A DNA stretch of 63,626 nucleotides, the filler included, from Octopus bimaculoides (taxonomy: Eukaryota), in assembly GCF_001194135.2 (NCBI RefSeq). It is 6 parts of 6 records of this genome, joined end to end, with 100 filler letters (N's around TTAATTAATTAA, not from the genome) between each part and the next. Parts side by side here need not be neighbours in the genome. Positions count along the whole stretch, not along the records: positions 26,108 to 54,165 come from NC_068985.1; positions 54,266 to 59,730 come from NC_068994.1; positions 59,831 to 62,117 come from NC_068997.1; positions 62,218 to 63,626 come from NC_068986.1; 2 more parts are not named here. One strand, given 5' to 3'. Below are positions 53,653 through 63,626 of this stretch, piece by piece; the first letter of the stretch is position 1; every line of letters starts with the position of its first letter. The position numbers were made by a program, and so were the translations under genes. Under the pieces are notes generated by a model. The model worked only from the letters and a program-made list of their open reading frames with translations. It ran no database searches and was not told the DNA's origin.

Positions 53653-54095
53653 ATCAGAATTTTTTAAGCAGCTGTGTTGCCACCATTTAATGAGAATCAG
53701 TAAGAATAAGTTTTAATAATCATGTGCATACATAAGTCTGTTCCCTCAACAGTTGCGAATTATTTTCAATCTAACAACTTACTGCTATCATGCTACATAC
53801 AGCTTTACACGTTTTTCTCCTCACTTATATCTAATACTGCATGGCCAATTAGCACATAGAAAGAAATTTGCTCGAGTACTTTTACTAACGGTCACTGATG
53901 CGCATGTCATTTCCATCTATTTTCAATGCAAGATTCTTACTGATTTCACAATATGTCGTAATACTTGGATCGACTCTTTTTCATTTATAAGACTGTAATC
54001 ATAATTTTGATACCATCTTGCTGTGTTCTCACACAATGTTTCTGACAGTTTCACCTACTTTATCAAATATGCACGCGACATGTTCGATCTTGTTA

Positions 54096-54165
<70 letters not shown>

Positions 54166-54876
54166 NNNNNNNNNNNNNNNNNNNNNNNNNNNNNNNNNNN
54201 NNNNNNNNNTTAATTAATTAANNNNNNNNNNNNNNNNNNNNNNNNNNNNNNNNNNNNNNNNNNNNCACACACACACACACACACACACACGGACATTATG
54301 AATGTGCGTATGTGTATATTTATATAATATAAACAGATAAATAATGTTTATAATGCCTACTTTCAATGAAGCTATTATAGTAGAAGGAGGAAAAGAAAAG
54401 AAAAAGTGGAAGAGAAAGTCACTGGCCCAGGTCTTGTTTTTCGGTTCCTGCTCCAAATCCTTTTGTCTAATGTATTTTAAATTTCTCCATGTCATTTGCG
54501 AGAAATTTCCTGAGGGACTGATGTATTTCTTGTGTACTTCTCACCAGATGTCTCTTTGTGGAGTTTTTGATATGGTTACCTCGTCGAGGCCTCACGTGGG
54601 ATAATAAGTTTGTTTTTAGTGGAATATACATATACCATTAACTCTTCCTTTCGGAGAATTGTGTACTTAACAGAAACGCTGGAAGAACATAAAGACGGCA
54701 AAATGCTGTTAAGCATTTTGTCCGACTTGCTAACGATTTTTCCAGCTCATCGCTTTATAGAATAATGATGATGATGATGATGATGATAAAATAAGGGATG
54801 TTTCCTTAGTTCACTGATAGTGAACTGCTGACGCCGTAGTACATCTCCAGCGTTCGAAGCTGTACAAAGACAATAA

Positions 54877-54924
<48 letters not shown>

Positions 54925-54925
54925 C

Positions 54926-54959
<34 letters not shown>

Positions 54960-54976
54960 TAATAATAATAATAATG

Positions 54977-55014
<38 letters not shown>

Positions 55015-55015
<1 letters not shown>

Positions 55016-55575
55016 GTACCAAGCACTGGCTCTCATGACTTCTGATTTTAACTGATTGGAAGGGTTATCATGAACATGTTTTATCTTGGTATAAAAGATG
55101 GGCTGCAACAAATATTCTGCTCAATACCACAGATTTGCTTGTCAGTTGTTTGACCTTAACCAGTTGAGCATATCCCTTGGTGGCTGACGACATGTGTATC
55201 ACTGATCCCGAGCAGAAGTAGTGGGGGAGCATCAAAGCCATGTGTTGAGAGGAATTCTTTGGTTGTTTGAATAATTCACCTCTGGAAAGATAGGTGTTTC
55301 GTCCAACATCCTTAAACAGCACTTATTCAGGGACCTTTTGAGCGAGATGGGCTACTCGACCTGAAGAAAATTCTGAGTCCCACCTTCTAGGTCATGTGCT
55401 GTTTATTTTGATATGAGATCACCATGTCGCGCACATATGGTTGTGATGCATGTGTCTGGTGTACCCTTATCAGACGGATAGTCATGATAGGTATACTGGA
55501 TTTCGTATATTTTACCCCAGTGTTACTTTGATGGCATGCATTGCTCTCTCACTCACTCACTCACTCACTCACGCA
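55015..55575. mobile_element. Interspersed repeat family C, flanked on both sides by (AAT)n
   Basis: Reverse complement of 9437-9915 plus extra flanking sequence. Confidence 0.8.
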
Positions 55576-55584
55576 ATAATGATG

Positions 55585-55624
<40 letters not shown>

Positions 55625-56381
55625 NNNNNNNNNNNNNNNNNNNNNNNNNNNNNNNNNNNNNNNNNNNNNNNNNNNNNNNNNNNNNNNNNNNNNNNNNNNN
55701 NNNNNNNNNNNNNNNNNNNNNNNNNNNNNNNNNNNNNNNNNNNNNNNNNNNNNNNNNNNNNNNNNNNNNNNNNNNNNNNNNNNNNNNNNNNNNNNNNNNN
55801 NNNNNNNNNNNNNNNNNNNNNNNNNNNNNNNNNNNNNNNNNNNNNNNNNNNNNNNNNNNNNNNNNNNNNNNNNNNNNNNNNNNNNNNNNNNNNNNNNNNN
55901 NNNNNNNNNNNNNNNNNNNNNNNNNNNNNNNNNNNNNNNNNNNNNNNNNNNNNNNNNNNNNNNNNNNNNNNNNNNNNNNNNNNNNNNNNNNNNNNNNNNN
56001 NNNNNNNNNNNNNNNNNNNNNNNNNNNNNNNNNNNNNNNNNNNNNNNNNNNNNNNNNNNNNNNNNNNNNNNNNNNNNNNNNNNNNNNNNNNNNNNNNNNN
56101 NNNNNNNNNNNNNNNNNNNNNNNNNNNNNNNNNNNNNNNNNNNNNNNNNNNNNNNNNNNNNNNNNNNNNNNNNNNNNNNNNNNNNNNNNNNNNNNNNNNN
56201 NNNNNNNNNNNNNNNNNNNNNNNNNNNNNNNNNNNNNNNNNNNNNNNNNNNNNNNNNNNNNNNNNNNNNNNNNNNNNNNNNNNNNNNNNNNNNNNNNNNN
56301 NNNNNNNNNNNNNNNNNNNNNNNNNNNNNNNNNNNNNNNNNNNNNNNNNNNNNNNNNNNNNNNNNNNNNNNNNNNNNNNNN

Positions 56382-56990
56382 GCCGCGACTGTAGTTTTAC
56401 TTGACTTGATGGGTCTTCTTCTCAAGCACGGCATGATGCCAAATGGACTTAGTCATTGCCTCCGTGAGGCCCAACGCTCGAAGCACGGCATAATGCTAAA
56501 TGGTCTCGGTCCTTCCCTCCGTGAGGCCCAACGCTCTAGAGATCCTTTTACGTGTCACCGGCACGAGTGCCATTTGCTTGATAGCGGTATCTACTACGAC
56601 TGCGATTTTGCTTGGCTTGATGGGTTTTCTTCTCAAGCACAACAATCCCAAAGGTCTCGGTCATTGCCGCTGTAAGGCTTGACATTCGAAAGGAGCTCAA
56701 CCACTTTTCCTTCGTAAGGCTAAACGCTCGAAAGGTGCTCTTAACGTGCCACCTGCACGGGTACCGGTTACGTGACATCAGCATCAGCCACGACTGCGAT
56801 TTCACTTGGTTTGACGGGTCTTCTCAAGCACAGCATATCACCAAAGGTCTCCGTCACTAGTCATTGCCTCTGTGAGGCCCAAAGTTCGGCGATCATGCTT
56901 CACCACCTCAACCCATGTCTTCCTAGGTTCACTCCACAGTTAGGGATTGGCACTTCTTTACACAGCTGTCCTCATCCATACACATCACAT
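56382..56990. repeat. Degenerate tandem repeat (~200-bp unit x3, with recurring gaggcccaacgctcga)
   Basis: cgactg..cttga.gggt..ctcaagcac at about 56385, 56597 and 56791. Confidence 0.7.
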
Positions 56991-57147
56991 GACCATACCA
57001 ATGCAATCGTCTCTCTTGCTAATTCCACCGAGGTCGACTTTACCTTTCACCCTTTCGGGGTCGTTAAATTAAGTACCAGTTGCGTACTGGGGTCGATCTA
57101 ATCGACTGACCCTCTCCCCCAAAATTTCGGGCCTTGTGCCTAGAGTA
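56990..57147 (+). mobile_element. tRNA-derived SINE family D fragment
   Basis: aattccaccgaggtcgactttacctttca.cctttcggggtcg..aagtaccagtt; also at about 38000-38130 and 59514-59730. Confidence 0.7.
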
Positions 57148-58325
57148 GAAAAGAATCGTCTCTCTTGCATACCACATCTGATGCCTCTTACGCCCAACTT
57201 TTCTCTCAAGATGCTTACACTCTGTCGAATATGCACACTGATATTGCACATCCAGCAAAGCATAACGGTTTCATTTCTTATAAGCCAACGCATGTTCTCA
57301 GCTGTCACAGCCCACGTTTCACTGCCATGTAGCATAGCTGTTCGCACACAGGCATCATCTCTGAGAGAGAGGTCCTTTCTTGCCAGCAAAGGCTGGAGCT
57401 CTCTAAACTTTGCCCAGCCTAATCTTATTCTGAGAGCTATGCTCTCGGAGTATCCACCTCTGCTACTAACTTGATCACCTAAGTAACGGAAGCTATTTAC
57501 TATCTCTAGCTTACCCCACCTGGCAGTCGATGGAGTCTATTTTCTGTTCATTTTCGGTGTTTATTGTACATGTCCATCTACCACACACAAAAGCTGTTTT
57601 TCCTGTTAACTTTCCTCTGATCTTGCTACACATTTTTGTATCCAAAACTTACACCGGGTGCATCTTACAGAGTTACTACATACACCTTTTCTACAAATCG
57701 AGCTGGGCCATCTACCTGAAGGGACTTGTGATTTGTCTGCCTTCCTACTTACTAAGAATTTGCTAGGTTAACTCTAAGGCCCTTCGATTCTAGACCCTGC
57801 TTCCATACCTGAAACTTCTTCTCTAGTTCTGGTAGTGATTCAACTGTAAGAGCAAGGTCATCAGCATAAAGGATCTCCCAGAGGCAGCCTTTCTTAAATT
57901 CCTCTGTTATTGCCTGGAGGACTATGATGAACAAGAAGGGGCTTAGGACCGATCGTTGGTGCACTCGTACTTGTACCCTGAATTCTTCGCTGTATCTGTT
58001 GCCAATCTTCACCTTACTGGTAGCATCTCTGTACATGGCTTGTATAGCACTCACCAGCCACTTGTCTATCCCTAATTTCTGCATTGACCACCAGATAAGG
58101 GATCGGGGAACCCTGTCAAAAGGTTTCTCCAAGTAAACAAGAGCTAAGTACAGAGTTTTATCTTTGGCTATGTATTTCTCCTGTGGCTGCCTTACCCGAA
58201 ATATAGCATCAGTGTTGCTTCTCCCTGTCACAAAACCAAACTGAATCACATCTAGACTAATTTTGCCCTTAATTAGTTGGGCGATGACTCTCTCCGTAAC
58301 TTTCATCACCTGATCTAACAATTTG
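57145..58325 (-). mobile_element. RTE-clade LINE RT fragment
   Basis: QFGFVTGRSNTDAIF..EKPFDRVPR..VHQRSVLSPFLF..LYADDLAL..GLRVN; RIRLGWAKFREL..MLHGSETW. Confidence 0.92.
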
Positions 58326-59058
58326 ATACACATATACACAAAAAATATCCATATATACACGTGTTTGTATGTATGTATGTATNNNNNNNNNNNNNNNNNN
58401 NNNNNNNNNNNNNNNNNNNNNNNNNNNNNNNNNNNNNNNNNNNNNNNNNNNNNNNNNNNNNNNNNNNNNNNNNNNNNNNNNNNNNNNNNNNNNNNNNNNN
58501 NNNNNNNNNNNNNNNNNNNNNNNNNNNNNNNNNNNNNNNNNNNNNNNNNNNNNNNNNNNNNNNNNNNNNNNNNNNNNNNNNNNNNNNNNNNNNNNNNNNN
58601 NNNNNNNNNNNNNNNNNNNNNNNNNNNNNNNNNNNNNNNNNNNNNNNNNNNNNNNNNNNNNNNNNNNNNNNNNNNNNNNNNNNNNNNNNNNNNNNNNNNN
58701 NNNNNNNNNNNNNNNNNNNNNNNNNNNNNNNNNNNNNNNNNNNNNNNNNNNNNNNNNNNNNNNNNNNNNNNNNNNNNNNNNNNNNNNNNNNNNNNNNNNN
58801 NNNNNNNNNNNNNNNNNNNNNNNNNNNNNNNNNNNNNNNNNNNNNNNNNNNNNNNNNNNNNNNNNNNNNNNNNNNNNNNNNNNNNNNNNNNNNNNNNNNN
58901 NNNNNNNNNNNNNNNNNNNNNNNNNNNNNNNNNNNNNNNNNNNNNNNNNNNNNNNNNNNNNNNNNNNNNNNNNNNNNNNNNNNNNNNNNNNNNNNNNNNN
59001 NNNNNNNNNNNNNNNNNNNNNNNNNNNNNNNNNNNNNNNNNNNNNNNNNNNNNNNNNN

Positions 59059-59132
<74 letters not shown>

Positions 59133-59133
59133 A

Positions 59134-59167
<34 letters not shown>

Positions 59168-59513
59168 TGATAGATATATAGATAGATAGATAGATAGATA
59201 TAGATACATACATACGTACATACATATGTATGTATGTATATATATATATGTGTGTGTGTGTATACATATACATATATATAAGGGAAATTCTGCCTGCCTG
59301 TCTGTCTGTCTGTTTGTCCCACAAAGTGAAACCAAAACCAGACACCATATCTCTATGATTTTCTTTCTATGTCTCCTCTATTCTCTTTCCCCATCTATAT
59401 TCTGTCTGTCTGGCTGTCTGTCTCTCTGCCATGCTACTTCAAAGAGATTCTGTCTCTTTGTTTGTCCCGCAAAGTGAAACTAAAACCAGACACCATCTCT
59501 ATTATTTTCTTTC

Positions 59514-59730
59514 TTATTTCTTTATTGCCTTCAAGGGGTCAAACATAGAGGGGACAAACAAGGACAGACAAAAGGATTAAGTCGATTACATCGACTCTAG
59601 TGCGTAACTGGTACTTATTTAATTGACCCCGAAAGGAGGAAAGGTAAAGTCGACCGCGGCGGAATTTGAACTCAGAACGTAACGGTAGACGAAATACCGC
59701 TGAGCACTTTGCCCGGCGTGCTAACGTTTC
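59514..59730 (-). mobile_element. SINE family D copy with Tx1-like 3' tail
   Basis: B-box gagttcaaattcc (reverse complement); tail tttgtctgtccttgtttgtcccctct..ggcaataaagaaataa. Confidence 0.75.
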
Positions 59731-60126
59731 NNNNNNNNNNNNNNNNNNNNNNNNNNNNNNNNNNNNNNNNNNNNTTAATTAATTAANNNNNNNNNNNNNN
59801 NNNNNNNNNNNNNNNNNNNNNNNNNNNNNNTATATATATATATATCTGTGTATATATGTGTTTATACATGTATATGTATGTATATGTATATATATGTATA
59901 TGAATATATTTGTGTATATATGTGTGTATATATGTGTATATGTATGTGTGTATATATGTGTATATGTATAAATGTGTGTATATGTGTGTGTAAATGTTTG
60001 TATGTTTGTGTAAATGTGTGTAAATGTATATATGTGTGTATATATGTCCATATGTATATATATATATGTGTGTGTATATATGTGTATATGTATATATATA
60101 TGTGTGTATATATGTGTATATGTATG

Positions 60127-60161
<35 letters not shown>

Positions 60162-60174
60162 ATATATGTATCAT

Positions 60175-60641
60175 CATCATCATTCCAATCTGATTTGGTA
60201 GAGTTTCTACAGCTGGATGCACGTCCTAACGCCAACCACTCCGTGAGTGTAGTGAGTGTTTCACGTGCCACCGGCACGAGGGCCAGTCAGGTGGAGCTGG
60301 CGACGGCCATGCTCGAGTGGTGTGTTTTACATGCCACCTGCTCAGGTGCCAGTCCATCAGCACTGGCAACGGTCTCGCTCGAATGTCTTTTCACGTGCCA
60401 CTGGCACAAGTGCCAGGAAGTCGACGAACGATCTTGCACGAATGTATATGTGTATATATGTATGTATATGTGTATATATGTGTATATGTATATATATATA
60501 TATATGTGTGTGTATATATGTGCATATGTATATATGTGTATATGTATATATGAGTGTGTATATATGTATATGAGTGTATATATGTGTATATGTATATACG
60601 AGTGTGGATATATGTGTATATATATATGTATATATGAGTAA

Positions 60642-60677
<36 letters not shown>

Positions 60678-60960
60678 ATATATATGTGTATATGTATATG
60701 AAAATGCGTATATATATATATATGTATATATATAGAGCGTGGCCGTTGCCAGTACCGCCTGACTGGCCTTCGTGCGGGTGACACGTAAAAGCACCCACTA
60801 CACTCTCTGAGTGGTTGGCGTTAGGAAGGGCATCCAGCTGTAGAAACACTGCCAAATCAGATTGGAGCCTGGTGTAGTCATCTGGTTTCACCAGTCCTCA
60901 GTCAAATCGTCCAACCCATGCTAGCATGGAAAGCGGACGTTAAACGACGACGACGTCGAT
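60175..60960. mobile_element. Two oppositely oriented short copies of a LINE-3'-end-like repeat separated by TA/TG microsatellite
   Basis: 60180-60440 vs 60735-60955 share ctacagctggatg..cctaacgccaaccact..cacgtg.cacc in opposite orientation; tail ggacgttaaacgacgacgac. Confidence 0.6.
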
Positions 60961-61450
60961 ATATATATATATATATATATNNNNNNNNNNNNNNNNNNNN
61001 NNNNNNNNNNNNNNNNNNNNNNNNNNNNNNNNNNNNNNNNNNNNNNNNNNNNNNNNNNNNNNNNNNNNNNNNNNNNNNNNNNNNNNNNNNNNNNNNNNNN
61101 NNNNNNNNNNNNNNNNNNNNNNNNNNNNNNNNNNNNNNNNNNNNNNNNNNNNNNNNNNNNNNNNNNNNNNNNNNNNNNNNNNNNNNNNNNNNNNNNNNNN
61201 NNNNNNNNNNNNNNNNNNNNNNNNNNNNNNNNNNNNNNNNNNNNNNNNNNNNNNNNNNNNNNNNNNNNNNNNNNNNNNNNNNNNNNNNNNNNNNNNNNNN
61301 NNNNNNNNNNNNNNNNNNNNNNNNNNNNNNNNNNNNNNNNNNNNNNNNNNNNNNNNNNNNNNNNNNNNNNNNNNNNNNNNNNNNNNNNNNNNNNNNNNNN
61401 NNNNNNNNNNNNNNNNNNNNNNNNNNNNNNNNNNNNNNNNNNNNNNNNNN

Positions 61451-61857
61451 AACCACTCAGAGAGTGTAGTGGGTGCTTTTACGTGTCACCCGCACAAACG
61501 CCAGTCAGGCGGTACTGGCAACGGCCACGTTCAAAATGGTGTATTTTACGTGCCACCTGCACAGGAGCCAGATCAGCGGTACTGGCAACGATCTCGCTCG
61601 AAAATCCCACGAAGGCCAGCCAGGCGGCACTGGCAACGGCCACGCTCAAAATGGTGCATTTCATGTGTCACCCGCACAAGAGCCAGCCCAGGGGCACTGG
61701 CAACGATCTCGCTCGAAAATCCTACGACGGCCCCGCACAAGAGCCAGCTCAGGGGCACTGGCAACGATCTCGCTCGAAAAATTTCATGTGTCACCCTCAC
61801 AAGAGCCAGTCCAGGGGCACTGGCAACGATCTCCATCGAAAATCCCACGAAGGCCAT
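61451..61857 (+). repeat. Tandem array of 45-70-bp units (c/actggcaacg core) from the same repeat family as 60735-60955
   Basis: Six g(c/t)actggcaacg(gccacg|atctc) cores. Confidence 0.8.
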
Positions 61858-62068
61858 GTATGTATGTATGCATATATGTATATATATATGTATGCATATA
61901 TGTATATATATATGTATGCATATATGTATGTATATATATATGTATGCATATATGTATATATATGTATATATATATATGTATGCATATATGTATATATATA
62001 TATGTATGCATATGCATGTATATATGTATATATATATGTATGCATATGTGTATATATATATATGTGCA

Positions 62069-62099
<31 letters not shown>

Positions 62100-62322
62100 G
62101 TTTGCATATGTGTGTGTNNNNNNNNNNNNNNNNNNNNNNNNNNNNNNNNNNNNNNNNNNNNTTAATTAATTAANNNNNNNNNNNNNNNNNNNNNNNNNNN
62201 NNNNNNNNNNNNNNNNNCCCAATCTTTCCCACTGTCTCTCATTCCTCATATAACCACTCTCTCTTCTTCCTCTCTCCCTCTATCTCTCACTCCTAATCTC
62301 TCTTTCTCTCCCTATCACCACT

Positions 62323-62383
<61 letters not shown>

Positions 62384-62405
62384 TGCGTGATTTAATTCAT
62401 CTCAG

Positions 62406-62440
<35 letters not shown>

Positions 62441-63024
62441 TACGTTCCCTCTCTATCTGCGTCTCCATCTCCGTACCTCTCCATCCTTCTCTCTCTCTTT
62501 CTTTTCTCTTTTTCCAGGCTCTTCCTCTCTCTTGTCATATTCTCTAAAAGATGCAGTGGGATTTCCCAGCCAGGATTAATACTAATTCCTTAACGAGCGT
62601 TATAAATCTTGTTGTCGGATAAGTAACGCACTAAATGGCTTTTATTCTTCTTTTTTTTTTTTTGTAGCAGCTCAGAGAAACCCACATGCACACAAACACA
62701 TGCACGCACGCAGGCACACAAGCGCGCATGCTGGCATTCGCATGCACATGCACGTATTCACGCATACATAGCCATAAACGCAAATTGTAAGTAAAGTTTG
62801 GAGACATAAAACACAGACATAATCAATCATATACTGAAGAATGAGTAATAACATGTGAGCGGAATTTGGTGGTCGAAAACTGTACAGAAGCCTATCATTT
62901 AAATGTGTAAGTGTATGTGTGAGTCTGTGTATGATTGTCTGTGTCTGTGTCTGTGTTTTTGTTGTGTTCCCATAGGAGCCTAAACTTGGTATTTCGTCAA
63001 ACAGCGTCCGATAGTATTCTTTTA

Positions 63025-63212
63025 TTCATTTATTTGTTTCAATCATTTTACTACGGCCATGCTGGAACACTGCTTTTAGTCGGACAAATCGACCCCAGGA
63101 CTTATTCTTTGTAAGCCTAGTGCTTATTCTATCGTTTTTCTTTTGCCGAACCGGTAAGTTACGGAGACGTAAACACACCAACATAGGTTGTCGAGTGATG
63201 GTGGGGGACAAA
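63025..63212 (-). mobile_element. SINE family A 3' half
   Basis: cggccatgctggaacactgc..tttagtcgg..aaatcgaccccaggacttattctttgtaagcctagt. Confidence 0.8.
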
Positions 63213-63493
63213 CACACACACGCACACACACACAAACACACACGCACACACACACAAACACACACACACATATATATAAATATTATGTTGTGTCTGGGGA
63301 GAGTCATTTTCTTTTTATGCCTTATAATTTAACCAAATCCAAAAACGATATATACATATATATATATATATAAACAATATATGAGTATATGCATATATAT
63401 GTACATGTGTGTATATACGTTCATCTACATGTACATATAGATACATAACTGGGTACATGACGTGGCAAAAGAACAAGGACAAAATGGTAAACA

Positions 63494-63626
63494 AGGTGCA
63501 ACAAACAAGCAGGCCAAGAACCATTTTAACGATGCGTACTGCCTTAATTCTTCGAAACGCCGGAGTTTTAATGGTGGCAGCTGATGAAGGGGATGTTTCT
63601 ATGTGGCCTGCTTGTTTGTTGCACCT
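63494..63626. repeat. Inverted repeat, 23-bp perfect arms (right arm cut by the window edge)
   Basis: 63494-63516 is the exact reverse complement of 63604-63626. Confidence 0.85.

Noticed and set aside
57752-59335. 527-aa ORF
   Set aside because: Read-through of microsatellite and N gap into the RTE RT fragment; only 57752-58325 is meaningful.
61451-61857. CRISPR-like repeat-spacer appearance
   Set aside because: The intervening segments are themselves repeated, the context is eukaryotic, and there are no cas genes.
62833-62890. ctgaaga...gaaa hammerhead candidate (also 21655-21695 and about 2635-2680)
   Set aside because: No convincing stem II or stem I pairing and no correctly placed NUH.

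Overview
AT-rich, gap-ridden eukaryotic (animal) genomic DNA made almost entirely of microsatellites and decayed transposable elements. The repeat families look like those of octopus/coleoid cephalopods; this is my inference from pattern recognition, not a database result. No host protein-coding gene could be supported. Recognisable elements: a decayed Gypsy LTR retrotransposon (10.8-14.4 kb), several RLE-type (R4/Dong-like) LINE remnants next to (AAT)n tracts, three Tx1/L1-clade pieces, an RTE LINE, two Tc1/mariner-superfamily remnants, a Helitron-like non-autonomous element, MITE/foldback elements and many tRNA-derived SINEs. Main observations: (1) several unrelated repeat families carry type I hammerhead-ribozyme motifs, with a fully intact core at 22341-22407 and a near-intact one at 48489-48549; (2) one family combines a Pol III tRNA-like head, a hammerhead and a head-to-head palindrome; (3) two independent Tx1 insertions sit at the same position of a tRNA-derived SINE head, one with a ~16-bp TSD, suggesting target-site specificity; (4) a SINE shares its 3' tail with that Tx1 family. 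TTAATTAATTAA inside N-runs is a scaffolding spacer, and nearly all listed ORFs are microsatellite or gap artefacts.
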